Assembly: GCA_047495785.1 (NCBI GenBank)
Contig: JBLDXI010000054.1
Coordinates: 3,968,001-4,032,000 of the forward strand
Length of the DNA stretch: 64,000 nucleotides
Direction of reading: 5' to 3'
Source: Lepidodermella squamata
Taxonomy: Eukaryota; Animalia; Gastrotricha
Part shown: positions 33,145-47,400 of the stretch, piece after piece
How positions within the stretch are numbered: position 1 is the first letter of the stretch
Layout: the number at the start of each line of letters is the position of its first letter
Made by a program: the position numbers and the translations under genes
The notes under the pieces: model-generated
The model's input: only the letters and a program-made list of their open reading frames with translations
What the model was told of the DNA's origin: nothing
Database searches by the model: none

Positions 33145-36125
33145 ATGGCTGACTCAGATCAAGACGATTATGATCAAAGACAGCGCGGTGGCCGAGATAA
33201 ATTCCGTCGCGAGCGGGATGATTCAGATAGGCGAGGTCGCAATGACGAGTAAGTGTTGTGTTTCCTCCTTTGCATTCTCTATCTTAGTTATTTCAGCCGC
33301 CGTGGTCAAAATCGCCAGCAAGGCGGCAAGCGCGACTACAGTGGTGGACGTGGCGACATGGGCCGTCGAGATGGGAGCCCCAACGGTATGTCTGGAAAGC
33401 GTCGTCGTGATTTTCAGGACGGTAATCAAGATCAAGGCATGCCTGGCGGTCCTATGATGCCCATGATGCCAATGATGTCTATGGGGCCTATGGGTCCCAT
33501 GGCGATGAACCCAATGGCCGCGGCTGCGATGATGGCTGCTGCTGCTGGTCGTGGGGTTGGCCCAAACGGAACCGGAAACCAGGACGGTGATGGCACAATG
33601 ACGCAACCACCTATGATGACTTTCAAGCAGTTCGTTCTTCGTCTGGAGGACATGGTCAATGAGTTTGAAGCTGCGAAGGGTTACTCGCAATACAAAACCG
33701 ATTTTCAGCGACAAGTGCTCTCTGACTTTTTTGAAGCTCACAAGGACGAAGAATGGTGAGTATTGCCTGCTATTTTGCCGAGCTTTCTCAATGTGTTCAC
33801 TATATACCTATTATAATGTCCAGAACTTACAGTTCGTGTTATGTTTTTCTTACAGCTATACCATGCCACTATCACTCGAATCGTCTAATTGTCAGCTCTC
33901 AAATTTTCATAAGAAATATTTTCCTAGGCACAACGTAGAGTTTCATTCTCGCTATCCAGATGCGCATATGCGCTTTTCATAGTTTTTCATAAAAATCGCT
34001 GCTAAATTAGGCTTCACCTAAATTGTGCCAGCCTTAATCGCGGACTAAGCTGACTAGTCCTGTGATTCTGGCTCATCTGTTTGGCTGTCCCCGCATGGTT
34101 GGTGAGTTGCAGTCCATTTCGACACTTCCGGCCAGATATTTTTTTATAACTGGCGATCAGTTGTGCGTATGATATGCTAAAGGTCGTTTTTATGTAAAGG
34201 TTCAAGGTTCATTATGAACCCGGAGTTTGCGAAGACCGTCGCCGTGAACAGCGAAAAGCTGTTGTTCGCCGCCGCGATGTATTCGTGCGGCTGTACAAAC
34301 GCGGATTGCTCAATGGTTTCACCCTGGACATGAGCCACCAATCGCAGATCGAACGCGCTCTCGACGCTGCTGTAATTTTGCTTGAAGGTGGCTCAGACGC
34401 CGAACTTGAAGCCTTCATGCTCAACGGCCAGTCGGCGAAATCCGGCGATGACGACGCTGAAGTTCCCGGCCTTAAACCGGATGACGATATGCCTCCAGGA
34501 ATGACTGGCGATGAAGTGAAGAAAGGCAACGGAACGACTGCTTCTAATCTGCACAAAAATGTGGCGATTTTCTTGAGGAACGTTCCAGTTGACATTCCGC
34601 GTGCTGAATTGGAAAAGGTTTGTTATACAGTCTAATCGAAATATTTCACTGAATTGCGTTTGTGCAGTTTTTGAGTCAGTATGCCGGATTCCAACGACTC
34701 GCCCTCTCAGAGCCTCTGTTTGAGCGTAAAGTCATTCGGCGTGGCTGGGCAACTTTTTCCGCTTCGGTCAACATTCAAGAAATTTGTGACAATTTACGTC
34801 AGGCCACTTTGATGGGTCATTCGCTTCAACCTATCATCAACCGAGAGTTGAAGCAACGAGTTCGCCCGATTTCAGGCAACATGGCCCACCGTCGTGCGGC
34901 GAGGGCCGACCTTCGAAATGCTGCCCGTATTGCTCTCCGTCTTGACACGAAATGGGGTGTGTGGACCCCTGAGGAAGGCGGCGAGTCAGCTGCCAACGAA
35001 GAACACGAGCAGATGGAAGCGGCTGATCTTATCCTTGGAAGCTGGACAGCCATTGCCTGGAACGGCTGCTCGAACCCCGTTCTCCGAGATGCCGGCGACC
35101 TTCTGTTAGAATTTGGCGACAACGACGATCAGGATGAAGAGGACGATATGGCGCTGAATGGAACCAGTTCTGACCCAACTATGGAACTCGCCATGCAGCG
35201 CGATGAGTTGCTACTCCACAAATTGGACGCAATTCTGCTGTACCTCCGCATTGTCCATTCGCTCGACTACTATTCGGGCACCGAGTACCCACAGGAGGAC
35301 GAAATGCCTCAAAGGTGCGGAATCGTTCACGCTCGTGGCTCCCCCTCGGTACGTCTTACCCTGCAAGATTTGCTCGAATGGCGCACGCACATCTCACGGA
35401 AACTCGCTCCTTGGCTCAGCCAGCCTTTCGTCCTGCCGAAGGATGATGTCGAGCGTCTTGGGGCTAAAGAATCTGACCCGTAAGATTTCTTGCAATTTGG
35501 TGTATATGTATTGATGAAATGTTATAATTTAGAGCGGAACTGCAGAAGATATTGGGCAAATCTTTTGTTGAAATCAAGTCCGATAAATGGCGCTGCTTAG
35601 TTTGCGAGAAAATGTTCAAAGGCGAGGAGTTCGTGAAGAAGCATTTGCTCTCTAAGCACGGAATGGAGGAAAAAGCAACATCGCAGACACGCTATTTCAA
35701 TAACTACGTGGCTGATCCCCGCCGTCCGCATTTAGCCGAGCATCCTGCTAACAGGGCTCTAGCCCTTGCTCAGTCGGGCAATCAATCAGGCGGAAGCCTC
35801 TTGCCAACCCCGAATCAAAACAACCCATTCCCGTTCTTCATGCCAGGTCCTTTCCCGCCATGTAAGTTGATTAAATTAGATTGACTTTTATGATTTGATC
35901 TCTCATTTTTTTCCATTAGTTATGCCTTTCGGAGGTAATCAGGGCAACGGCCAGCAGCAGCCAACGTCTCCCCAAGGCGGCAACGGCATGACCCCGGGAA
36001 ACAAGATGCGCAACCGTCCGGTGGGCCACGACAACCGCCAGTCGATGGGCGACGGTCGGCCGCGTCGCACTGACATAGCTTCGTATGAAGACTTGGACGC
36101 TCCGAAAGACGAGCTGCCGTTTTGA
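33145..36125 (+). CDS. SRRT: Serrate RNA effector / ARS2
   Basis: MADSDQDDYD..RDKFRRER; QPPMMTFKQF; FFEAHKDEEW|F; AIFLRNV; LYLRIVHSLDYY..EDEMPQRCGIVHARG; KWRCLVCEKMFKGEEFVKKHLLSKH; YEDLDAP. Confidence 0.96.
34021..34137 (-). ncRNA. Candidate box H/ACA snoRNA antisense within SRRT intron 2
   Basis: Minus strand reads hairpin - AGAUGA (H box) - hairpin - ACA-auu, with upper stems 16 and 15 nt from the boxes. Confidence 0.45.
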
Positions 36126-39100
36126 GGTGCATCGCCTGAAAAAAGAAGGCCACAAGAATATGCGGTGTGGGAACATTTACTCGTTGTGAACCAGATCTAT
36201 ATCTATGGAAATGAATAAATTTCATAGGCGTGCACAGTCTACGTTCGTTGATACAATTCGTAATTTTTTGCATTAATCGGTCGTGGAGCGTTGTGTTCTT
36301 TTACGTGAATACTGCTACTATATTCAGATGAAGTCGATAATGATGATGATGATGATGACGACGACGATTCCACTGTACGCTAATAAAAGCCATTACTACT
36401 CGTACGACTTTTTTGACGGGTTCACTTTTTCTCGTGCATTTGTTTACTAGGTATCTTCTTGATGTATTTTGAGAAGATTTTCTCGGCTTAGCAGGCAGCG
36501 GCTCGAGGCCGTGTATTCTCGTCACGCCGCAAGTCTATAATTAGCTGGCAGTACGTGATTTTTGTATACAACACTAGTTATTTTTTGTCGGCAGCTTTCA
36601 GCGGCGTGCACTGATTGCTGAGTAGTAGCAGCTGACGATGCAAACACGCGTCACTTGGGACGGGTGGTCAGATTTATCGGCTGCCGTCGTCGATTCCTCC
36701 CCTCCCCTTCCCTTCCTCCAATCCAAGTTTGTTTAACCAAGGATGCAAAGCCTCGCGATGTTGTTGTTGTTGTTTGCGGCGGCGGCTATGTGTTTAATGA
36801 TTTCTAATTGGTATTGACTTTCCGCTTGTAGCGCGCGTCTCGCTGCGATTTCTCGCCGGCGAAAACGGTCTTCTAACAACATTGATTTGTTGCATTTCTC
36901 AATATTACAAACACATGATATAAAATGATTTCTGTAATGGCCATCGAATACAGGGATAGCGGGTGGGTGGGTATCATCTTCATGCCGGCGCCGGCGGGTG
37001 TGGCGTTTTCGACGACTAGCGGGCGATGCATTCGCTTATTTGCATTCGCTATCACCATAATAGCAGGCATCATCAGCATTGGTAATGTAGTAGCTACTGC
37101 TGAGAAGAGGAACGCGCGCGAGTCGATAAACGAGACAGTCGCGCGTGTGCTGACTAAGATTGTCGCTGTTTTCATTTCGATTGGTCTGCTGCTGCTGCTG
37201 CTGCTGTATACTGCCTCCCACGCTCGATCGTCGCGCGATGGGCAGTGGCGAGCGACTCGGCATGAAATTCGACCAATAACAATTACGCACGACACAGCAC
37301 AGCACTAATAAATAGAATTTTGACTATATTTATAGTATGCCTACGCTGCCGTAGTAGTAGCATTGCTGGGCGCGTGGTCCTCGGCTGCCTTCTCCTCGTC
37401 CTCCTCATTTTGTGCTTGACAAGAAGATATAGCATATTATAGGCGATATGCAGTGTGCAATGTCGAACGTCAACAACTCTCCGCGCATTATTTGCGCCGT
37501 ATTTCGCAAAATACAGCCTTGTTTGTGTTTTCGGCGTTGCTTTGCCATCGATCTGCCGCCTCGAAGCAGTCGTAGCGGCAGCAATATTACTACTATTTCG
37601 CCCCATGCATTTTGCCTAAATGCTTTGTAGCATGTATTATTATTATTATTATTACGCAAGGTAGTAGGGGTAGTACTGTCCACGCTGGCCATCGATTCGC
37701 CTCGGCCGATCGATAAACTTCGAATTTTTGAAAGTTGCTGCCCATAAGAGCCGCTGATTCGCCGTAGCCGTATTGACTTTCGATGCTTTCTCTTCCTTTA
37801 CGTCGCATGATGTATATATGTGTTTCTGCCTGACTCGCGAGCAGAAAATATATAAATATATAATAATAACTAGTATAGGCGTGGTAGTAGTAGTAGCACA
37901 GTAATAGTGATGATGATAGTAAAATACTAGCCGGCCAACCACATTTTCTGTGAAATAATTTCGCCATACATGCATAGAACACATATATATCGCAATAATG
38001 ACTGAACAAGGTTACCACTGCGCGGCTTCACTTCGTAATTTCAACGCTGTCCCACGGGGCCATACAAATGGAGACACGCTCGTTGTCCAGTCAGTCTTCG
38101 CCATTTCCAGCGACCACACCAGCTCGAAGTTGTCGACCATTTGCCGTAGTCAATAATAAAACGTGTCTGCAGATTGCCCTCCGAGGACTCGCACCGCCTA
38201 TTCCCCGACGAACTTTACAACCGCACTAGATTTCGTTATTTGTAGGTGTACGATTTAATTTATGTAATCCTTCCTAAAACTCTTACGAACCTGTGCGCAG
38301 TAAATAACGACGCGTTATTTGCTTCTTGTTATTTACGCATCTCTTATTTTTTGCATGAATATTTTTGGACTAGTTACGCGAAGTGCACTTCGTCAGCCAC
38401 AACAATCTTTAATTATCCGCAAAAGTTACAACCCACCTTCTGCTCTCCATATATCTCTGGCTCGGTACCATGTTTACTTGTTTTCATTACAACACTTTGT
38501 TTATAGGCTGCATTGAGAGGTTAGTTCGGCAAACAATCAAAACGAGTATACACACTGATTGGTCATAGTAGCTGCTTGTTATAATAATCGATATAGGAAA
38601 CGGCAACTTTACTTCGGCATTTCGGTATTTTATCATTCACTAGCTCTGCTTAGGTATTACTTTAATAGCACACACACACAAGCCGTTTCGCCAAAGGCGC
38701 GGCCCGAATAACGATCACTGATCAGGCCGGTGTGATAGCTGTAAACTGGCGCCGTTATAATGCGCCGTGTAGTCGATCAGCGAATCGAGCGCCAACATCA
38801 TCGCCGGCTTTGTTTCGGCAAACAACAACAGTAAACGCTGCATTTCCTGCCGAAATTGCAATAATTATTTTACCGCAAAAAAGTGACTCCGGCGACGACG
38901 GATTATTCTGCACCTAAGTTGAGCATATCCTTCACGACCACCGTTTTTTTATTAATTTTTCGGCTCTGAAAATTAATATTCGATTTTGTTGCGGTTGCGT
39001 GCCTCGATTGTAGTAACTATTCGCCGATTTGCATTCGTCGTCTTCATCAGAGCCGTCGTTATTTTATATTGCTGCTTGTCATCATACCATATTCCAATGC

Positions 39101-41462
39101 GACTCCGAGCTGGGACATCATAGTATTACTAAATAATCAGTATCACTCGCAGCGGCGCGCGGCGCTTTTAGCAGCAAAAACTATTAGGGCATCAGTATCG
39201 TCTTCGTCGTTTTTTGCGATATTGAATTATTGAGAGGGCTGACATTGTTACCATCATCATCATCATCATCGTTATGTTATTATTATATGGAGAGTTAGCT
39301 CTCGAGATAATGTCGCGGCGACGACGATGATGAGTTAGTTGAATGGAGGCGAGTGCGATTCGATGCGTACGTTGCGGTGTTAGCATGCGGTGTTTTCGCT
39401 ACTTCGGCCCTCCTTTGTGTGTTTGTTCAGCATTTCTTCGTCTGATCCATCGGCCGTCGTCTTGCTTATAAATATATCATCATCATCGTCGTCGTCGCCA
39501 TCGTCATTGGTTCGAGGCGAGCGAATGTATCGCCGCGCGTCCGGCATTGGCGACAATGTGCGAAACAACGCGCTGATTAACTGCGGCACTGCGGCGGTTC
39601 GTATTTAAAGCGCTTTTTATGGCCGGCAAATGACCGATATTTAAGCGCGCTCGTGCTCTGTTTTTACGCGCGACGATGGCGATAATGAAGCAAAAACGAC
39701 TTAACTATTAAAGTTGCGCGTTGTCCACGCACTATCTATGCCAGCTATCGAGCGGCTGACTATAGCGGCATTAATAGTAATAAGTTCGAAAGAACAGGGC
39801 TAAAACTGCCACCACCACCACCCCCCTCCACCAACACCGCCGCTACCCCACCCCTACTGCTACGACTACTAACTACTACATCGCAGTTGTTAGGAAGTTG
39901 GCGACGAGCCGGCCGCCTTTTTGCGCACTGCCATGCCCGGTAGCGCCAATCGAAAGCAGTTAATGTGTGCAAATACGATAACACGATATATTCTAGGACA
40001 CATTGCTGTGAATTTATTATGAAATATAAATGCGCTTTATTCGCGGTCTGTGTCATATTTTATAAACCGATCCGTGTTTTGCGGGAGCGGCCGCGCGCGC
40101 AATCCAATCGAAATCACTGTCAAATCGCGTTAGACTGCGGCCGCGTGCCGCGATGATACATTATTAGCTAGTAAATCGCTTTGATGAGCAGTTTCCAGTT
40201 TCGTCAACACGTCTCATGCCACTCTCGGTTTCACTTGCGTCCTTCTCCTCATCACACGGTTCGCCGCCGAAACCAGTGGCGTGCCGCCCTAATTTATGCG
40301 TGACACCATTCCCATCATTCATGTTTTCATCATGTGCCTTGTCCCGTTATTTTTTTCGTCTCCTGAAACCTGGATCTCTAATTTTTTATAGCTCTACCCG
40401 GCATCTCTTCACGTGTTTGAACGGCTAAATTTAGCAAACAAGCACGTGGGGCGTTTTCATTTCCGGCTGATTTACCAAGTCGTCGCGACCGCGGCGATCC
40501 GAACAAAGGCGACGGGAAGCTCGGCGTTTTCTTACGACGATATCGAAAATAACGATGATGGACATCGTCCTTAATGATTGGCCTCCTTACTTCTCAGTAC
40601 GCGGAACCGTTATTTCAGCCGCTAATTTTTTCCGGCGATCGGCACAGCGATTGTCCGTATTTATAGACCGATCGGCCGTTTAAAAATAGAAACTAGGTGA
40701 ATATAACTAGCTCGGAAAAGGACTTGTTTAATATTTGAAAATTCTCTATTCCAGCGCAATTCAACCCATTTTGTAGGCTTAATATTAAGCGTTTATTTGG
40801 CTGGTTTGGCTGGGTTTTCCAACCTCAGACTTGTATTAGCAGATTCATGCATTTGACCATCCTCTGTAATAATTTATTCTTATGCTGGATGTATACCCGC
40901 GGGTCTTGAAATGCGTAAATTTCGCCGGCAAGGTTTCATATCAGCCAACATCTCAGTACACTGAACCCTACCATCTGCTTCCATCTTCATTTTTGTGATT
41001 TTTTATGAGCCATATAGTCATTTTAGCCATTCACAGAGTTCCGGCCGGAAATATCTTATGCGGTTCGTATGAAGCGAAATTTGATGCGAAATTTCCGGAG
41101 ATCATGGAAAAAGCAGGCTATTCTGATTTTGTGACTGGAAATCCCATTTGAGATGGACGATTTTACATGTCACTGAAAATTTCGGCCTTTTATGTCTAAT
41201 TTTTGGCTTTCTCAAATTTATAGGATTTTACTATCTGTGGTGACATCTTAATTTCAAACGCGCCGACTCGAGAGGTTAGCGCGTAACTCGCAGATGAGCA
41301 GGCGACAGCTTTGCGGCTGATTATTTTGAAGAATACAAGTTGACACGCATTCTCCGGTCTGGCTTGCGACCGCAGTCGATGATGGCCGGCGTTGAATCCG
41401 GACGTGGCCGCCGGCATCCCGTGACAGCGAACCAGTCGAGCTTTTGAGCCCGACGTCTTGCA

Positions 41463-44400
41463 ATGAGTAGACAACATGGCGCCAACTACGCCGCAGCACA
41501 GCAGCCCGGCGCGTACCACGGCTCGCCGCTCATGGACCAGCACCACAAGTACCAACAGCAGCAGCAACAGCAGCAGCAGCAGCGAGTCGCGCCCGCCGCC
41601 ACCAGCTACTACAACTCGGCGCGACCGGCTTCGTCGGCCGGCGTCGCCGACATGTCACCGGCGCGCCGCTCCAGCATGCGCCGCCGCCAGATGAGCGCCG
41701 GCGCGCGCAGTGCGCACAACAGCCGCCCCGCAAGCCCGGACTCGCGCGCCGCCGACTACATGGAAACGCCGTGGGGCCCGCAGTACCCGTCGGCGCAGTG
41801 GGTGCGCTACCCTCAGGAACCGCCGCCGCCGGCCCACCGAGCTGTCTCGGCTGGCAACTTGTTCGAACGCGGCGACGGCATGGCTTACGAGATGGCTGCG
41901 GATCCGGGCATCGACCCGTACCAGCCGCAGGTGCCGGCCTACCAACGAGGCGCTCCGGTTTGTTCGGGAGCGCAGCGAATACCGCAGCAACAGCAGCAAC
42001 AACAAATGCCGGTTCAACAGCAGCAGCAGCAACAAGGTTACGTTTCGCCGCACCACCTCGCCGCGAGTCAGCGGCGTTCGAAAAGTGTCGAGCGCGTCAT
42101 TGATACCGGGCAGATGCCTGTGGCGGGTGGTTACGGCGACCGTGGCGGGTATACGGGCCACCAGCACAGTCATCGCATCGATCCAGCGCCGGCTAGTTCT
42201 TCGGCGGCCTGGTACGATCCATACGCCACGCTCCCGCGTCTGCCGCACGACCAACAGCAGCAGTATAGGTTAGCTATATTTTCACTTTTCATCTTTCAAA
42301 TTTTAGTAGACTCATTATTTGCGGTTTGGTCAACTTCAATTTTCAACCCATATGAGTAAATGAAGCAGTGGAATCAGCTGCTCTAAGCCGAAATGCACTG
42401 ACGTTGCTGTTGTTAGGAATCTATTTGCTGTAAATTAATACCATTCACGAAAATACTGCTGAATTTTGCAGAGAATCAATCATATAAACAGGCTTAAATT
42501 TAAGCAGGGTCGGAGGAACTATTGAAGCTTTTGGTGATCAGGAAAGTTGGGACAGTCAAGTTGGTCCAAGTGAAGCTGGACTTGAAGTTCCTTGTGGTTA
42601 TTTGAGCCCACACATCAACTTTCACCAAACTATCGAGAGTTCGAAGTTACATGCTGTCGATATCTCGTGAGCATACCATTAGCTTTTCTGGGGTTCAAGG
42701 CTTCAAAATATAGCCATTTTAGGCTGGTGTCCTTAAGTAGATCAGATCTATTTATTTCCGCTTTTTCTATATCATTTGAAAGGTTTTATAGCTTTTGATC
42801 AACTTTTGTTGAGATTTTTGACCCTGAACTCACGTGTTTAGTTAAGGAATGAATGACAGTTTTGTTGATTGAATACGGCTGTATTTTGTGCGATGTTAAC
42901 TCTCATCTTTTTTCCTTTGCCAACAGATATAGCACTCTACCTCGGTTTGCACCTCGTGATATTCCTCAGTCGTCTACTTCGAATCTGCTGATGCCCCACC
43001 ACTACCACCACCACCACCACTCGCAATCGCAAGGCGGCCAAGTCGTGCCGCCGCCTGCCCCTCCCTCGCCACCGCCACCACCTATGCAGCCTCCGCCGCC
43101 GCCCATGGTCGAGTACGCGAACATGGCGCCGGGCCAAGCCTCGTCGTCGCCGTTTCTCGCCGAGCTGCAGAACCAAATCGCGGAGCTGACGCGCGAGTGT
43201 GCGAACCTGCGCGCCGAATTGGACGCGGTCCGCGAGCGTCTCGCCTCGACTATGAACAGCATCCGGTCGTTCTGGAGCCCCGAGCTCAAGAAAGAGCGCC
43301 AACTGCGGAAGGAGGAGGCGGCGCGCTATTCTATGCTGTCAGAACAGTTCAGATTACTGCAGCTCGATAGCCAGGTAAGGAACGCGTGTGTGTGTGCGCG
43401 CTCTCTCGCACCTAGCATTGTTTTTTTACTCACTACTCGAGTGTGCCGCGCCCCCTCGACTTGAAGAGCGAGCGAAAGAGTGAATTTTGTCCATACGCCT
43501 ATGTGTATTTTTCTTTGAATCGCTTCTTCGCGTAAACTACTCGACGGTGTAGAAATTTAGCGAACGATTATTAGCCTTGACATTTGCTAAATAGTTGCCG
43601 GTTATTTATTAAGCGTCGCCGCCGTCGTCGCCGCGTCGCCCGGCCGGCTGTATGATGCTCAAAAAGTCGATTTCAGGCAAACACAACACGGCGTCGTCGA
43701 TCTCGGTACTTTTATTTTGTGTCGCTTATTGCCCAGGTATATTTTTTCAGTCGATCCCATAGCCAAACATCCTTGGTGTCACTTCAAGCCGATACCTGTG
43801 CGCATATCTAATATATTCATTTCACCGCCGCTTAGGCATCTAGGTGCAAATATTCGTCGCATTTTTTCTCGTGTTGGATAAAATCGTTGGGATTCTCGAG
43901 TAGTAATGATCGCCTCGATTGAGTGTCTCGTGTCGACGGGTTATACGGGATATACGCATAATCGCCCGTTGTTCTCTTAGCCGGCTCTTATATACTACTT
44001 ATTATGCGCTTACTATACATAGCGATGCGGTGAAGAAAAAACTCAAAGCGATAGTAGATTATATCGCGGAGTGATTGCGGTTTTTTGCGAGTCGCGTGCA
44101 CGCGAGAACACTTTGGCTAATACGAATAGAAATCATCATCATCCCATCCCGCCTGTGAGTTTATAAACGCAAGTCTGAGATTTGCTGCTGCGACTCCTTT
44201 CTTGCTAGCGACGCGCCGAGTGCTTTCTCGTTTTTTATCGCGCGCAGTAGCTGCCGATCGATTGCCTTGTAATAATGCGTCCGTCGATTTATATTATGAT
44301 TATATTGTTGCCCGGCCTGCGTCTCATTGTTTCGCTGGCACTGTGCCGCGGATGACGACCGACCACTAGCAAAAGTAGTAGTAGTAGTACTAGTATATTC

Positions 44401-47400
44401 GCTGGCCGACAAAGAACAAGCACGGAGCGGTTTACAGTTGTCGAGGACATTTGTACTCGCTGGAATATCGGCCGCGCAGCCGTTGTTGATGCTGATTAAA
44501 TGTGTGCCGCCGATAATGTATGCGCCGCTTTTTTGGCGATAGGGGGCTCGCGGCGGCCGCAGCAGCAGCAGCAGCGCGCGCGCTAAAAAAATATGGCAAC
44601 AAAAAAGGAGGAAGCGCCGATGATGCTCTTCTCATCGCGCGCTTCCGCCGTGTCGCCCTCGTCTCACTACAGTGTCTCTGCTAATGGCAGCGCTTCGCAT
44701 TTATTTTCTGCACTGCCCCCTCCCCTTTTCGCATCGTCGTCGTTGTCGTCGTCATCATCGCCTTGCAACTACTGGCGTAATGCATTTAGCAACAAATTAT
44801 ACGTGTCTTGTGAGAGATATCTCGCCTCGGCTGTCTCCCCCGCGTGATCCCGCGCTGCTGCTCCCTGTCGACTCGCACTTAATGAGGGGCCACGGCGCCG
44901 CTGCCGCACGGATATGAGATGAGGCGGCGGACACACTTTTTTTATAGGGCCGCATTTAATAAATAGTATCGCCTGTTTTCACGCTGCGCTGGGCAAGAAT
45001 CATTTCTGCTCGTTTTCTTGCTTTTAGGAAGCATGTGAAGACATGCTGTTAGCTTTTCGTCGAAGAGTATAATGTTTCGAGATTAAGTTGCCTGGCATGA
45101 AGCCACAGGCCAACTGCTGTGCGTATGCCGCGGGCAGTGGTGGCACCGCCCCGACTTCTCCGGTTCCGGATCGTGTTTCGGCTTTTCACGTCAACAACTC
45201 GCCGCTTTACTCCGGCGTGTCTTCCAGCGTACCGAACAACGCTTTCTATAGCCCGCAACTTAGCAGTAGCAGATTAAATTCTACTGCAATGTACTGCCAA
45301 GGACATGCGTGTAAATCTGCGGGGATGTCGCCTAACACTGCCCCGTCCACTCCACCCCAGGTTACTTGTTTACTATCTCGCGGCGTTGGCACACTCGGTT
45401 TTTTTTTTAATATATTTTAATTTCGCATTGGATTTGTTTGCGATTATACTTACGCCATGTCTTTATTTGATTTTGGCAACAAACAGAAACGGCTCATGCG
45501 GATCCAGGAGCTGGAGCAGCGGTTGTCGCAGTACGAAGCCGGTCTTTTGCAGCCGTCGCAGCCGAGCGGCATCCAGCCGTGGGAGGTCGAGGCGTTGCGG
45601 GCGGAGCGTGACCGGCTGCTCAACGAGTTTCAGGGCACACGCAAAACCGTCGATGACCTCGAGATGCGCCTCGAACGCATGAACGAACAGTTGACGCAGC
45701 GGGATGACAACATCCAACGGCTGCTCGAAATGCTCAATAACCGATCGTCTAAAGGTTAGCTGTAATTGATTTTTCTCTTACATGAACGTACAGGAAGGAT
45801 TTATTGCTTTCGTATTTTATAGCCCCATAGAGTTTCGAATATCTAATTTTAAAAATCAGGGCGTACTCGGATATTTTATGCGGAGGAAGTCTTAATGACA
45901 TGGCTCTTTTTTTACAGTACTTATAAGTATTCGCTAGGATTTACGGATCGGCAGGGCACTCGATGAGCAACTATTTTTTATCCTTTCGAGTGCCTTCATA
46001 GATTTTGAAAAGCTTTTTCAACTCGAGAGCCCCTTACAAGAATAATTGGATATATGGAAATGCTTAATCTGGAATGCTATTTTCAGTAGTATTATTCCGA
46101 ATAGAAGCCCATCTTGAATTATATTCGAAGGTCAGGGGCCAATCCCAGAAAACAAAGTCGATGACTTACTTGTTAACAGAATCTTAAGAACCTCTTCAAT
46201 TGAATTTTTTCTAGAACAAGCTCAATCGTCAGCCGAGAACGAGTTGCTTCAGGCCCGTCTTCAGGAGGCGTACAACCGCGTGCGGCAACTCGAATCGCAA
46301 CTGACCGACCGAACCTCAGACGTTGTGCGCCTGCAGCAGGAGGTTGGCAACCTTTCGGCGATGGCTAATCGCCAGGCCAACCAAACGTCGCAGACGGCCG
46401 CCGTCGAAGCGCAGTTGCGGGACTCAAAAATTTCGTTACTCGAACGCGAGGTCAAGTCGATGTCGGACGAACTGACGCGCGTGCGGCTGATAAACAAGCA
46501 GTTGGAAACGCGTAGTTTCTCGAGCACGCCTGGCAACTCGCAACAACAAGCTGCTGCCTACACGGAGAAGGAACTCGAGCTGGCCCGGTCGCAGGAAAAG
46601 GTGATGAAACAACGCGTCGAAGCACTGCGGCTCGAGCTCGCCACCCGAGAAACCGAAGTCTTGAGCCTGAAGACGAAGGTCGATACCCTCGAGAACCAAA
46701 TGACCGATCAAACGCACCACGTTTCGTTTCTCAAAGAGCAAGTCGCGGCTCGTGAGTCTCAACAGGCTGTTATGCAAAGCGACCTCGAGGCGGCGCAAGA
46801 GCGGCTGAAAGAGCGCGATGCGCAGCTGGAGAAGAAGGCGAAAGTGCTGCAACAAATCACGGCTGAGCGGCGCAAGTTCGAGTCTGAAGTCTCTGAGCTG
46901 CGAGATCATGTCGACATCAAAGAAAAGAAAATCGCCGTTCTCCAGAAAAAGGTCAGTTTTAAATTCGAATTGGTTTCTAGCTTTTGTGAACCCTCATTAA
47001 AATTGCGCCCGATTGGAGGAAAAATTCCGCATTTAAATCATATATTTGATATTAAATTATTCGGTTACTAGCTTGTGATGGTGGTAAGATGGCGATGCTA
47101 TTAGCCGCTTATGAAATCTCAGTTTGAAATCCTGTTTTGATTGCTTTTAATTTGCCCCGAAGACGCCTTGTTTAACTTTCCGTCATATAATTTTGCTTCT
47201 TTTTTAAGGTCGAAAGTCTCGAAGATATGCTGCGCGACAAGGATGGTCAACTAACAGTTGTGCGGCAACGGTTAGCTCAGCTTCAGTCCGAACATGCGGC
47301 TTCTGGCTCAGCAATCGCGATGTTGGAACAGCGGTTGGATGATCGTGAGAAAAAACTGGCTGTGTTAAGCGATGAACTCGGTTCGTGCGAGGGTGATTAC

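Noticed and set aside
34060-34130. Short rRNA-like words (TGTGATT, TCGACACTTC) as snoRNA targets, and GCATG|GT as a flatworm-type SL exon end
   Set aside because: Matches are short and one-sided, do not place a U correctly, and no proper Sm site or SL layout is present.
36873-40428. Numerous 60-140 aa ORFs upstream of ELKS
   Set aside because: Microsatellite-driven, no domains, no consistent splice structure.
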